A stretch of 64,000 bases of DNA from Mobula hypostoma (GCF_963921235.1 NC_086097.1:121956001-122020000), one strand, 5' to 3'. Shown: positions 12,511 to 26,596, counted from the first letter of the stretch. Program-made: numbers and translations. The notes: generated from the sequence alone by a model not told the origin.

Positions 12511-12797
12511 TGTGTTCAATGTGCATGTCCAGAGACTCCTAGACTTGAAACTGGCAGCAGAGATGGTGAAGATGACAAACAGAATTATTCCCCTAATTAG
12601 CCAAGGCCAAGAATAGTAAGAGCATGGACTTTATGGTACATCTTGTAAATCATCTGCAACTGGAACACTGTGTACAATTCTGGTTGACACACAATAGGAA
12701 GTTCATGATAGAACTAGAGAGGGTGCATGCAGAGTAGAATGACTGGAACATTGTCCTGGATGAAGCATTTCTGGCATGAGAAAAGATTAGATAGGTT

Positions 12798-12909
12798 AGA
12801 GGTTGACTGTACCTCTTCCTATAGCTGCTGCCTGGCCTACTGTGTTCACCAGCAATTTTTATGTGTGTTGCTTGAAATTCCAGCATCTGCAGATTTCCTC
12901 GTGTTTCCG
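12798..12909 (+). mobile_element. Short Penelope family A tail insertion in an old CR1 fragment
   Basis: TSD ttagataggtt at 12787-12797 and 12910-12920; homology starts at gttgactgtacc. Confidence 0.85.
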
Positions 12910-13734
12910 TTAGATAGGTTGGGTCTGTTTTCAGTGAAGTGTGGAGGGCCTAGAGACATTTCATGTGCTTGACAAAGGTACATAAAATTAGAAAAGGCAC
13001 AGGTAGAATCAATGGTAAGATTTTTCCCCTTAGCAAAGATGTCTAATGGAGGAATGATAGATGGGTGTGTGGAATGCCCTGACGGGTAGGGGTTGATATA
13101 TTAGGGACAGTTTAGAAATAGGCACTTGGATGATGGAAAAATGGAGGGCTATGTAGGAGGGAGGGGTTGGATTGATCTTAGAGTAGGTTAAAAGGTCGGC
13201 ACAATATCATGCGCCAAAGGGCCTGTACTATGCTATAAGTTCTATCTTCCATGTTCATGTAAAACTAGAAGATATAGGCTTAAGGTAAGGGGTAAAGTTT
13301 TAGTAGAGATCAAAGGAAAAACTATTTTGCCTCAGTGTTAGCTGGAACTTGAAACACACTGGGTGATGAAGGCAAATACTATTACAACATTTAAAAAGTG
13401 TTTAGGTGTCTTCTAAACACAAAACAGTTTGTTGTCTTCTGCACTCTGGTTGAATGCCCTAGTTGGCGGTCTATCATTGATTCTGTTATAGTTACTATTT
13501 TATAGATTTGTTGAATATGCCCATAAGAAAAGGAATCTCGAAGTTGTATATGGTGACATATATGTACTTTGATAATAAAATTTACTTTGAACTTTGAACT
13601 TAGAGATGAGCAACTGAACTGCCAACTCATAGGATATGGACCAAATGTTGGCAAACAGGACTAGTACAGATAGATAGGTACTTGATGATCTGTGCTGACA
13701 TGGTAGACTTGTGGAATTGTTTGTGTTGTATGAC

Positions 13735-14245
13735 CCATAAGACCAGAAGATAGATATAGGAGCAGAAATAGGCCATTCAGCCCACTGAGTCTGCTCCACC
13801 ATTCAATCATGGGCTGATCCAATTCTTCCAGTCATCCCCACTCCCTATATCCTTTAATACCCTGGCTAATCAAGAACCTATCCATCTATCTCTGCCTTAA
13901 ATACACGCAAACACTTGACTTCCACAGCCGCTTGTCGCAACAAATTCCACAGATCTACCACCCTCTCACTAAAATAATTTCTCCGCATCTCTGTTCTAAA
14001 TGGACGTCCTTCAATCCTGAAGTCATGCCCTCTTGTCCTAAACTCCCCTACCACGGGAAATAACTTTGCCATATCTAATCTGTTCAGGCCTTTTAACAAT
14101 CAGAATATTTCTATGAGATCTCCCCTTATTCTCCTGAACTCCAGGGAATACAGCCCAAGAGCTGCCAGACGTTCCTCATACAGTAACGCTGTCATTCCTG
14201 GAATCATTTTCATGAATCTTCTCTGAACCCTCTCCAATGTCACTA
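13735..14245 (-). mobile_element. CR1 LINE 3' fragment
   Basis: LERVQRRFMKMIPGM and FRTEMRRNYFSERVVDLWN, plus the 3' UTR. Confidence 0.9.
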
Positions 14246-14699
14246 TATGCATGAGATACCCCATAGGAAACAGGGAGTTGCTAGACAAACATTTTCTGAC
14301 AAGTAACTTATCTCTTTGAAACCTTTAATCTTTTAATGTCCAACACAAACGGAAAATATCTTTTGTTGCTTTCCTATTATATTTCAGATCTACAAGCTGA
14401 TCTCTATCTAGCTAATTTTCCCCGGGATCAATAAAGTATGACTATGACTATTTTCACTCAGATTCATATTTTAGTAACTCTTCTGTGCAGTTTGGCACAG
14501 ATTAAATTATAATAAAGAAAGGAACTTTACTGATTACATTAGAAATAACCCCTGCATCATGTGGGACAGTGGATTTATCAACCTAGAGTAAAGTGGAATG
14601 AATATGTCAGGGCTGATCTTGCAAAGGCAATAGTTACCTTAAAATAGCATTGCTATCTACAACCGTACAGAGTCCAACTGCCATCATTTTTGTGGACCG

Positions 14700-15045
14700 T
14701 TCAGACCTTCAGAAAAATAGGAGCAGAATTAGGTAATTCAGCTCATTGAGTCTGCTCCGCTATTTCATCATGGCTGATTTATTATCCTTCTCAACCCCTT
14801 ATTCCTGCCTTCTCCCCGTAACCTTTGGCATCCTTACTAATCAAGAACTTATCATCCTGGCGCTTTAAATATACCCAGTGACTTGGCCTGTACAGCTGTC
14901 TGTAGCAATGAATTCACCACCCTCTGGCTAAAGAAATTCCTCCTCATCTCTGTTCTAAAGGGACATCCTTGCATTCTGAGGCTGTGCCCCCTGGACTTAA
15001 ACTGTTTCACTATGGGAAATATTCTCTCCACATTCACTCCCTCGA
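14700..15045 (-). mobile_element. CR1 LINE 3' fragment
   Basis: RGHSLRMQGCPFRTEMRRNFFSQRVVNS. Confidence 0.85.
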
Positions 15046-16111
15046 TGTAAGTCTTGAGATTCTTTACAAGGCTGTCCAAACTGGGATGCATCTGACAAGA
15101 GATCTATTTCTGAAATTAAAAAAAATCATGTAACAACAAAAGGACTAAAAGACAATTACTTGACCTAATTAGACCACCCATATTCCATCCAATCAACACT
15201 GATGTGGGGTGGGGGTTAAGTCACTACATTTTGGACAAGCACCTCACAGACATCGGGAGAATGTGGTCTGAATCTCAGAGCAGATCAGATGTTCCATTGA
15301 TAGGGGGCAAGAGGACTATCTACTTACGGTTCTCTATCACATGCTAAGTTTTACATTCACTCCACTATGCTTACATTCGTAAGAGATTGAATAGAATCAA
15401 AGTAAACAGAACTGGCAGTTTACTTACAGTTGTGTCCACAATGGTTGGAAAAGCAGTAATTACTTCTGAGTACAATGAGTTTTTGTTTACTCTTCTGCCT
15501 AATGCATTTTCAGCTTTGTTTAATCATTTGTCTCATATTAATGAAAATAATAGCTAGTGGAAGGTAAACAAAAATCCAGCATGGATGTTAGAGTGTAGGT
15601 GGCTGTCCAAGAACGGATCGTTTTTTATTCTTTCAGGTGAATTTGATAAGAGTCATCCAGTCATAGTGCAACACAACACAGAAACAGGCCCTTCGGCCCA
15701 TCTAGTCCTTGACGACCTGTTATTCTGCCTAGTTGTATCAACCTCCACTTAGACCATGCCCTTCCCATCCATGCACTTATCCAAATTTCTCTTAAATGTT
15801 AAAATCAAACCAACTTCCACCATTTTCACTGGCAGCTTGTTCCACTTTCACACCACCCGATGTGCGAAAAATTTGCTCTTTAAATTCTCTTAATTATTTC
15901 ACCCTTAAACTATGACCCCTAATTTTGGTGTCATCTGCAAATTTTCTGATCCAGTTTACCGCATTGACATCCAGATCATTGATATAGATGGCAAGCAACA
16001 ACTGACACAACACCAATCCCTGTGGGACACCACTAGTCTCAGGCCTCCGGTCAGAGAGGCAACCATCTACTACCGGTCTCTGGCTTCTCCCATGAAAACA
16101 ATATTGAATCA

Positions 16112-17360
16112 GACATGAAGGGCGTCGTTCAGTTCGACGGCTTTTCTTCGGAGGCCTTCAACATCCGCAGCAGTGTGAAACAGGGCTTTGTGCTTGCCCC
16201 CACCCTGTTTGGCATCTTCTTCACAGTTATGCTGAAGCACGCCTTTGGAACATCAACTAATGGTGTCTACCTCCACACCAGATCAGACGGGAGGCTGTTC
16301 AGTCTGTCCCGGCTGAGGGCGAAAACCAAGGTTCGTGAAGTACTCATCAGGGACATGTTGTTTGCAGATGACGCAGCACTGGCAACACACTCTGAAGAGC
16401 AACTGCAATGCCTCATGGACAGCTTCTCAAGAACCTGCCAGGACTTCAGCTTGACCATCAGCCTGAAGAAGACCAATGTATTGGGCCAAGGCGTTGAGCA
16501 CCCCGCTGCCATTACCATCAACAACTACGAGCTGGAGGTAGTCCACCAGTTTACATACCTTGGCTCCACTATCACGGACAATCTCTCCCTAGATCCCGAG
16601 ATCAACAGACGGATCGGACGAGCAGCCTCAACATTCGCCAGGCTGATAAAGAGAGTCTGGGAGAACAGAAAGCTGACGATGCACACCAAAATTGCAGTCT
16701 ACAGGGCCTGCGTCCTCAGCATACTGCTTTATGGCAGCGAGACCTGGAGTCTCTACTACAGACGAGAGCAGCGTCTCAACGCCTTCCACCTTCGCAGCCT
16801 GAGACGCATCCTGGACATCACGTGGACTGACCGAGTCACCAACAATGAGGTCCGGGCCCACGCCCAGATACCCAGCCTCTTCACCCTGCTCCAACACCGC
16901 CATCTCTGCTAGCTGGACCACGTACACCGCATGTCTGACAGGAAGATCCCGAAAGACCTGTTGTACAGGGAACTGGCCTCTGGCAAGAAAGCACAAGGGC
17001 GGCTCCATCTTCGTTTCAAAGACGTTTGTAAGAGAGACATGAAGTCACTGAAAATAAACATCGAGAAATGGGAGGATATCGCAAGCGATTGCTCTCACTG
17101 GAGGCCGGAACTATGCAGAGGTCTAAAAAGAGGAGAAGAAAAGTTGAGGCTTGCTGCTGAAGAAAAGCGCACTCATTGGAAAAACAGCACCAAGACAACA
17201 CTGGAGGACAGCGCCTTCAAGTGCAGTCACTGCAGCCGAGACTGTCACTCCCGTGTGGGCCTCTACAGCCACAACAGACGCTGCTCTAACACAGACTGAA
17301 GCAAGACTTTCCAGGCGCAGATCCATGGTCTCGCAAGACTAATGGATGCCACCACCACCA
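16112..17360 (+). mobile_element. GC-rich RTE-clade LINE, 5'-truncated (RT C-terminal half plus zinc finger)
   Basis: VKQGFVLAPTLF, MLFADDAAL, FTYLGS, LLYGSETW, C-terminal CSHC...SHNRRC and a (CAC)n tail; one in-frame stop at 16910-16912. Confidence 0.93.
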
Positions 17361-18569
17361 CTTCATCTTGAAAGCCAAGCAATTGAACCTTCCTGATCAA
17401 CGGTCCATGTGGGACATTGTCAAAGGCCTTGCTAAAGTCCATGTAGACAACATTCACTGTCTTTCCTTCATTAACTTTCCTGGTAACCTCCTTGAAAAAA
17501 AATGTAAGTTTAGTTAGATACACCCTACCATGCACAAAACCATGTTGACTATGTGCAGTCAGGCACTGAATATCCAGATTCTTACATATCTTGTGCCTTA
17601 GACTACCTTCCAGTAACTTACCCACTACTGATATCAGGCTTGCCGACCTATAAATAACTGGATTTTTCTTAGAGCCTTTCTTGACCAACAGCACAACATA
17701 GCTATCCTCCAATCCTCTGGCATCTCACTCATGGCCCATGCAGTTTCTGTACTAGCCTCCCATAAGTTCCAAGGGGACACTTTATTGGGCACTGGGGACT
17801 TATCCACTGCAGTTTGTCTCAAGACAGCGAACACCTCCTTTTCTGCAATATTGATACAGCCTATGATTTCGCTACTGTTTGTCTCAATTCTATAGACTTC
17901 ATGTTGGTCTCCCAAGTAAGTACAAATGCAAAAAATCCACTTAAAACCTTTCCCACGTCTTTTGGCTCCATGCATTGATAACCAGGCTGACCTTCAAGTG
18001 GACCAAGTACGTGCCTTGCTATCCTTTTGCACTTAACATATCTGCAGAGGTCCTTGAGATTTGCCTTCACCTTGCCTGCAAGAGCAACCTCATGCCTTCT
18101 CATAACTCTGCTGATTTCCTTCTTAAAAGTTCTCTTGCATTTCTTATACTCCTCAAGCACCTCATTTGTTCCTTGTTGCCTATACCTGCTATGCACCTTC
18201 GTTTTCTTAAACAATGCCTCAATATTGTTTGAAAAACAGGGTTCCAAAGACCCATTAACCCTTTTCTTTTACTTTACAAACTCTGTAATTCCAATGTTCC
18301 ACCTTTGAGGGCCTCCCACTTACCAAGCCAGAAAACAATCTATCCCAATCCACATCTGCCAGATCCCTTCTGATGCCATTAAAATTTGCCTTTCTCCAAT
18401 TTGGGATCTTAACCCTAGGACCTTTCTTATCCTTTTTAATTATTTTGAAACTAATGGAATTGTGATCACTCGATCCAATATCTCTCCCTACACACTCCTA
18501 CCTGTTCTATTTCATTCCCCAACAGGAGATCTAGTATTACACTCTCCATTTGGGATCTCTATATATATT

Positions 18570-19210
18570 AGAATCAGAATCAGAATCAGGTTTATTATCA
18601 CCAGCATGTGACGTGAAAGTTGTTAACTTAGCAGCAGCAGTTCAATGTAATACATAATCTAGCAGAGAGAGAAAAAAGATAATAATAAATAAAATAAAAC
18701 ATAATAATAAATAAACAAGTAAATTTCATATATTGAATAGATTATTTAAAAATGTGAAAAAACAGAAATACTGTATATTAAAAAAGTGAGGTAGTGTCCA
18801 AAGCTTCAATGTCCATTTAGGTTTCGGATGGCAGAGGGGAAGAAACTGTTCCTGAATCGCTGACTGTGTGCCTTCAGGCTTCTGTATCTCCTGCCTGATG
18901 GTAACAGCAAGAAAACGGCATGCCCTGGGTGCTGGAGGTCCTTAATAATGGATGCTGCCTTTCTCAGACACCGCTCCCTAAAGATGTCTTGGGTACCTTG
19001 TTGGCTGGTGCCCAAAATGGTGCTGACTAGATTTACAACCTTCTGCAGCTTCTTTCTGTACTGTGCAGTTGCCCCTCCATACCAGACAGAGATGCAGCCT
19101 GTCAGAATGCTCTGCACAGTACAACTATAGAAGTTTTTGAGTGTATTTGTTGACATGCCAAATTGCTTCAAACTCCTAATAAAATATAGCTGCTGTCTTG
19201 CCTTCTTTAA
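18570..19210 (-). mobile_element. Rex-Babar-type LINE 3' fragment
   Basis: KKARQQLYFIRSLKQF...SILTGCISVWYG...HPGHAVFLLLPSGRRYRSL; (TTCTGA)n tail. The same family occurs at 39205-39670 and 21240-21295. Confidence 0.88.
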
Positions 19211-21029
19211 GGAAACCATCTTAGCAAAGTCCCAGTCAGTATGGGAGTCCCAGTCAATATGAGAAAAGTTAAAATCACCTGTTATCCCAACCTTGTTTTT
19301 CTTGCAACTGTCTGCTACCTCTCTGCAAAGTTGTTGCTCTAAATCCCTCTGACTATTGGGAGATCTATAATATAATCCCATTAATGTGGCTATCCCTTTC
19401 TCAGTAGATGGGCCCTCCAGTCTGTCCTGTCTGAGCACTGCTGTGACATTTTCCTTGATGACTGATGCCACCCTTTCCTATTTAATCCCTCCGGCTCTAT
19501 CACTCCTAAAGCAGCAGAACCCAGAACACTCTGGCAACCAAGTCTCACTAATGGCTACAATATCATAATCCTAAGTGTTGTTTCATGCATTATGATCATC
19601 TACCTTACCTATAATACTCCTGTATGAAATAGACACACAACTCAGAACATTATTCCCACTATGATAGACCTTTCAGTTTCTGTCTTTGTATGTAGGTTTA
19701 ACATCTAGTTTCCCTGCAACTACTCCACTATCTGAGCTGGCACTCTGGTTCTCATCCCCTGTAACTCAATTTTAAACCGTTGGAGCAGCACTAGCAGACC
19801 TTCTTTTATATATGAATTATTGAATTTTCTTTTCACTCAAACTATTATATTACTGAGTAAGTATATTCTCCGCATTCAATTCCTTCTGCTAACTTTCTGT
19901 TACTACAATAGCTAAACAATCAAATCTTCATTCTTAAATAATATGAGAAAATAGGTCACTAAACCTCTCAAGCCTGCCCAACCATTCAATATGTCCACGG
20001 CTCATCTACCATAGGTTTCATCTCCACTCATCAGTACCAGTTGCCCATTAGCCTCAATTTCCTTATCTTTCAAAAGTTTTATCTACTTTCTCTTTAAATA
20101 CCTCCAAAGACTTAGCCTCCACAACCCAATTCAAGAGAATCACCTTCCTCCGTGAGGAAAAGTTCCTAACCACTTCAGTGTTAAATGACCACCCTCTAAT
20201 CATGTAACTATGTTCCTTCATTCGAGATTCTCCCATTATAATCATCTTGACATCTACCCTATCATACCCCCTTTGGGTCAGGTCACGATAAGCTCACTTC
20301 TTTATTCTTCTAAATCTAAAGAATATTGATCTAAATTCTTTAATCATCTATGATACACAATCCTCTCACAGCAGGAATTAGCTTAGTGAGTCTTTTGTGG
20401 ATTGCCTCCAATGCCAGTGTGTCCCTTCTTTAGTAAAAGTTGAGAGTTTTCAGTCTGAAATACATTTTTTCCGTTTTCACCTAAGAGAAAGACACTGTGC
20501 AACTCCCTCCCAGGACAGTCACTCACCTGATGAGCGTATCAGTTTCAAGTTCACATGAGTATTTGTATAGTTTTATAATATATTCTACCTGCCCTGCTTT
20601 TGTCCAGTTATTTCACTTGTATCCACATACACTTGAAGCTATTTTACATCCTCTTCTGTATTCAGAAACTCTCCTCGTTCCATGTCATCAGTATACTTGG
20701 AAATATGACACTTGGTCAATTTAACTAATACATTAATATAGGTTGTGAACAGCAGGGTCCCAAGCACAAATTCCCCAAGCACCTCAAAGTCACATTCTGT
20801 GAATGGTATATTCCCATTGTTTGCTGTCCTTTGTCCATGTCTGTATATTACTCACAAATACAGGTGCACTAACTTTGTTGACTAAACTCTTGTCTAAAAC
20901 TTCATTGAAAAACCTTCCAAAAAACCAAATGCATCACATCCACTGGTTCTATTTTCTGAGTTATAACCTCAAAAACTAGAAGCAGACTAGTTGAGCATGA
21001 TTCTGCTCTATCATATTTTTCAGGACATT

Positions 21030-22200
21030 CTGCTATTATGTTCTGTTTCCCAAGAATTTATTATATTCTGTCTTTGACTTCCCTTCTCAGCCATAGTTAC
21101 CTCATCCTCCCTTCAGAATAGTTCTTCTTCATTGGGATGTATCTTTCCTGTATCTTCCAAATTGCTCCTAAAAACTCCAGCCATTGTTGTTGTATTGCTT
21201 GTATCCCCTTCCAATCAATTTTGGCCAGTTCCTCTCTCATCAGAATCAGAATCAGGTTTCTTATCACCAGCATGTGTCGTGACATTTGTTAACTTGCCTC
21301 TGTAATTCCCTTTACTCTACTGTAATACTAATGCATCTGACTTTAGCTTCTCCTTCTCAAACTGCAGGGTGAGTTCCATCATATTATTATCACTGTCTCC
21401 TATGGGTTCCTTTACCTTCTGCCCCCTAATCAAATTTGGGTCATTATACAACACCCGATCCAGAACTGCATTTCTCCTAGTGGGTTTAACTATGAGCTGC
21501 TCTAAAAAGCCATCATGTAGGCATTCTACAAATTCTCTCTCTTGGGATCCAGCCCCAACCTAATTTTCCCAATCTGCCTGCATATTGAAATTCCCCATGA
21601 CTAATGTAACATTGTGCTAATTACATGCCTTTTCTATCTCTCATTGAAATTTATATCCCACATTCTGGCTGCTGTTCGGGAGCCTGTACATAACTCCCAT
21701 CAGGGTATTTTTACCCTTGCAGTTTCTTAACTCTACCCACAAAGTTTCAACATCTTCCAATCCTATGTCACTTCTTTCTAAGGATTTGAGTTCATTTTAT
21801 ACCAACAGATCGAACCCACCCCCTCTGCCTACCTGTCTGTCTTTTCGATTCAATGTGTATCTTTTGATGTTGAGCTCCCTACTAGGACCTTCCTTCAGCC
21901 ATGACTCAGTGATGCCCACAACATCATACCTGCCAATCTCAAACTGTGCTACTAGATTACCTACCTTATTCCGTATACTGTGTGCATTCAAATGTAACAC
22001 CTCCAGTCCTATATTTATCACCCTATTTGATTTTGCCCTCATGTTATACTTCATTTCATCCTATTAACTGTAATTTTGCCTTATCATCTGCCTGTCTATC
22101 CTCACAGTCTCACTACACTCTATATCACCCTGTATACCAACTGCCCCACCCTCAGCCCTATCACTCTGGTTCCTATCCCCCTGCCAAATTACTTCAACCC
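21030..22200 (-). mobile_element. CR1 LINE endonuclease-region fragment
   Basis: LHLNAHSIRNKV, YDVVGITESWL and RKDRQVGRGGG. Confidence 0.85.
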
Positions 22201-22884
22201 CCCCCCCCAAGTCTCCAGCCTCTAGCAGAATTGGGTTTAGGGTTGCAGTTTACCTCAATCAAAAACAACCAACTCTCCTCACATATCTTTAGATCCCAGT
22301 CTCACATTGAACTGTAGTACTCTCAAACACCTTCTGAAATTCAACAGTATAATTGGTATTTTCCCCCAGTGCCCTTTTAGAACAAGATTATCAATTAATC
22401 CTTTCTCCTTAAAAAAACTCAGTCTAAATAGCCTTTTCACTCATTGATATCAGATTGAGATCTAGATTCAGAGCTATTTATCACATGTGCCTCAGAACTT
22501 ACAGTGAATGCATCATTTGCATTAACAACCAACTTAAGACTGACAGAGAAAATAAGTCTAAGCACAATGCTGGAATTTAGGTTGTTTGTCAGTTTTTGTG
22601 TATAGTTTTCATAAATTCTACTGTATTTCTTTATTTTCTCGTAAACACTTGCAATAAAGTGAATCTCGAGTACTATTTAGTGACATATACGTTCCTTGAT
22701 GATAAATTTACTTTGACTTTGAATTTGACAACCTAAGGATGTATTGGGGCAGCCTGCAAGTGTTGCCACACATTCTTATGCCAACGGAGTATGCTCATAG
22801 TGTTTAGCAGAACAGCACAAACAGTAAAACAAAACAAAGCAAAACTGAATGCATAAAAGCATGAAGATATTGTCAAGAGGTTCA

Positions 22885-25800
22885 GTTATTGTTCAGACCA
22901 AACATCAGAGTGGGGAAGAAATGTGATCTAAGTGACTTCGACCACAAAACAATTGTTGGTGCCAGATGGAATAGCTTGAATATCTCAGAAATTCTGTCCT
23001 GGTTATGACTCTAAACTGCAACTGGTGATGAGGCTCCGATTGTGGACTTTCAGAATTTTGGGGAAAGTGGAGTTACCACTTAGTTATTCATTGCTCCCAA
23101 GGCCGCTCTGACCCGGAACAGTAGCACCTGCAAGGGTTCCTGCTCAGGATACGAGTGAAGGCCAATGGCAGATCCGGCAGGTTCAGAACTGAACTTATGA
23201 CGGAGAAGGTGGATGAGCTAGGACCTCAAATGTCAACGGTTATAATACAGGTGGATGAATATTTGGGAAGAGAAATGGTGATTTCTTTAGTTCGCCCAGC
23301 GGTAGGCAATAGCAGACCACTGTTGCTAGATACTAGGTTTCTTAGAATCTATTTGCTAAAAAACCATGGTTAAACTCACAAAATGTATCACACAACAACA
23401 GCAAGAAGATCTTCAAGACAATTCTGAAGAAACTTCGCTCAATAGGGTTGATTCTGATCAGCAGGGGATCCCTGACCATCATCCAGCTACTGCTCATAAA
23501 ATTCAAATAACACAGAAGAAAATTATTGCTACTTGGAATGTAAGAACCCTATATCAAGCAGGAAGATTGCACAAAGTGATAAATGAAATGGAAAGAGTAA
23601 AGATTAACATCATGGGAATTAGCAAAGTTCATTGGATAGGTGCTGGAACATGTCAGAATAGAAATAAAACACTAATTTATTCTTGTGGAACATCCCATAC
23701 TAATGGAGTAGGAATTCTTATGGATGAAAATATGGCAAAAAGTTTTTTAGGACATTGGGCAATATCAGAAAGAGTGCTCCTTGTTAGGTTAAGAGGACAA
23801 CCATTTGATTTAGCAATTATACAGTTATATGCACCAACAACTATGAAGAGCTTGAACAAGCAAAGTATGGATGCAAATCTCAAGATATTGTTATTGTCAT
23901 GGGAGATCTAAATACTAAAGTAGGACAAGGTGCTGATGGAAATACCATGGGAAAATTTGGACTAGGGGAAAGAAATGAAAGAGGTGAGAAATGGGTAGAA
24001 TGGTGCAAGATGAATAATCAGGTCATTATGAATACCTACTTTAAAAACCATCCAAGATGCTTGTGGTCCTGGAGAAGTCCAGGTGAGAACACTAGAAATC
24101 AAATTGACTTCATTACTATAAACCTAAGATTTAGAAACTCAGTGACTCAATGCAAAACTTATCCAGGTGCAGACTGTAATAGTGACCATAACCCAGTAGT
24201 ATGTCATGTAAAAGTAAAACTTAAAAAACTTAAGAAGCAAACATCTGAACAACCCCTGACTAGTTGCAATTAATTAAAGAAAACTGAAGACAAAAATTTA
24301 CAATTGAAGTAAGGAATAGATTTCAAAGTCTAGAAATAGAATCTGTTGAAGATGATAGCAAGCATGTAGAAATGAAATTTAACTCTCTAAAGGATGCCTT
24401 GGTAGAATCAGCAAAGTCAGTGAAAAAGGCACAAAGAATAAATGGATGACAGATGAAATCAATAATCTAATGGAAGAAAGCAAGACCTATAGAATATGTC
24501 CATAGATGAAAAAGTTAAAAGCTTATGTCAAAAAGCCAAGGAAGAATAGTTAAACCAGGAATGTGAGCAAATAGAAAGAATCCCTATTACTGATCCAAAA
24601 AGGTTACATCAACAAATCAAGAATATCACTGGTAAAAAGCTCCTCTGTTCTTCAGGTGGATGTTTGAAAGCAAAGGACGGTACCATTATCATGGAAAAAG
24701 ATGAGATTGTGAACTAATGGACTGAGTATATTCAAGAATTGTTTGAAGACCATCGAGGTGAAAAACCAGAAATTAAAAACATTGAAGGTTCAAGTATTTT
24801 AAAATCTGAAGTTCATAATGCAATAAATAAGATGAAGAAAGGAAAGGCAGTAGGTCCTGATGAATTAGTAATAGAATAAATTATCGTCCTTGAAGATTAT
24901 GGAATTGAAAAACTTACTGATTTAATCAATGACATTTATGAGACTGGAATAATACCAGAAGAGATGAAAAAATCAGATCTTATCACTCTTCCTAAGAAAC
25001 CTGGAGCAATAGAATGTGAATTACATAGAACCGTAAGTTTAATGAATCATAGCTCCAAGATACTTCTAAGAATTTTGATGACGAGAGCTAAAAGTAAGAT
25101 ACAAACTGAAATGGGTAAAGAACAATGTGGTTTTGTGAAAGACAAAGGAACAAAAATCGCAATATTGATGTTCAGGATACTATCAGAACGAACTATTCAA
25201 GTGCAGAAAGATTTGTTTGTTTGTTTAATCAACTACACAAAAGCATTTGATAAGGTTACGCACAATAAGTTATTTGAAATATTACAGAAAGTTCTCGATC
25301 TAGATTCAAAAGACCTCTGCCGAATCAGAAATCTGTACTGGGAACAAACTGCTGCTGTAAGAATAGATGGAAAAGTGAGTCAGTTTATGAAAATCAAGAG
25401 AGGTGTTAGGCAAGGGTGTGTTTTCTCCCCTGATTTATTTAATGTGTGCAGTGAAACAATATTACAAAAAAATAAGAGACATCTTGAGAATCAAAGTTGG
25501 TGGTGAAAACATCAATAATTTCAGATATGCAGTTGACACCGTGTTAATTGCAAGTACGGAGGAAGAACTACAAAACTTAATTGATGTATTTGTTGAAGAA
25601 AGTGCAAAAATGGGTCTATCTATCAATTGCAAAAAGACAGAATGTATGGTGATATCCAAAAAGAAGGAGAATCCTATCTGCAGGCTGAGAATAAACGGGG
25701 AAGACATAAAACAAGTACAGAACTTTTGCTACTTAGGAAGCTGGGTGATATCAGTTGGCAGGTGCGACATGGACATCAAAAGAAGAATAGGGATGGCAAA

Positions 25801-26596
25801 AGACACCTTTACGAGAATGAAGAGTGTACTGACCAATACTAAACTACAACCCGCCTCAGAGTACTGAGATGTTACGTTTATCCAGTTATATTATATGGCT
25901 CAGAATGTTGGACAATATCTGGTAACATGAGGAAACGAATTGAAGCAGCAGAGGTATGGTTTCTGAGGAGGATGCAAAGAATATCATGGATGAAAAGAAT
26001 ATCTAATGAGGTTGTCATGAACAGAGCAAACACAAAAAGAGAAATAATGTATGAGATCATGAAAAGGCAACGTGACTTCATTGGATATGTGACTGGGAAA
26101 GAGGAGTTAGAATGCACGGTAATTATGGGAAAGATTGAAGGGAAGAAAGCAAGAGGAAGACAAAGACAAATGATGATGGAGACAGCAGCCAGAGAACTGG
26201 AAATGAATATCAATGAATTGATCCACTTGACCTGAAACAGGAGTGTGTGGGCCATGGCAGTCAAATCTCAAACTGGGCATGGCACCTGATGACGATCATC
26301 ATCATCTCAGAAATTGCTGATCTCCAGCATTTTCATACACAACAGTTTCTAGAGTTTATAGAGAATGGCGCAAGAAACAAAAAGCATCCAGTGAGCAGCA
26401 TTTCTGTGGGTGAAAATGACTTGTTAATGATGGAGGTCAGGGGAGAATGGCCAGACTGGTTCAAGCTGACAGGAAGGCAACCGTCACTCAAATGACTACA
26501 CATTACAACAGTGGTGTGCAGAAGAGCATGAACATACAGTCAGTTGTCACTTTATTAGATACAGGAGGTATATGATAGTGTGGCCAATGAGTGTTA
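22885..26596 (+). mobile_element. Tc1-like transposon remnant split by RTE copy 2 (22885-22993 plus 26316-26596)
   Basis: The transposase N-terminus (DLSDFD..IVGAR..LNISE) resumes after the RTE as IADL.HF..TTVSRVYREW. Confidence 0.8.
22994..26303 (+). mobile_element. Near full-length RTE-clade LINE with 5' UTR (copy 2)
   Basis: IATWNVRTL endonuclease start, RT motifs and a gat/cat tail. Flanked by a 12-bp TSD atctcagaaatt at 22982-22993 and 26304-26315. Several stops and frameshifts. Confidence 0.95.

Larger units (their letters stand above)
15660..19800 (-). mobile_element. Fragmented CR1 LINE hosting an RTE (16112-17360) and a Rex-Babar (18570-19210) insertion
   Basis: Minus ORFs SQHGFVHGR, VYMDFSKAFDNVPHG and ITGDFNFSHIDW; collinear across both insertions. 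Confidence 0.85.

Noticed and set aside
15421..15590. Minus-strand GTAAGT donor and an LFTF-like peptide as the next DOK6 exon
   Set aside because: An in-frame stop follows, and there is no match to the expected MCDTGEG...IYQKVH sequence.
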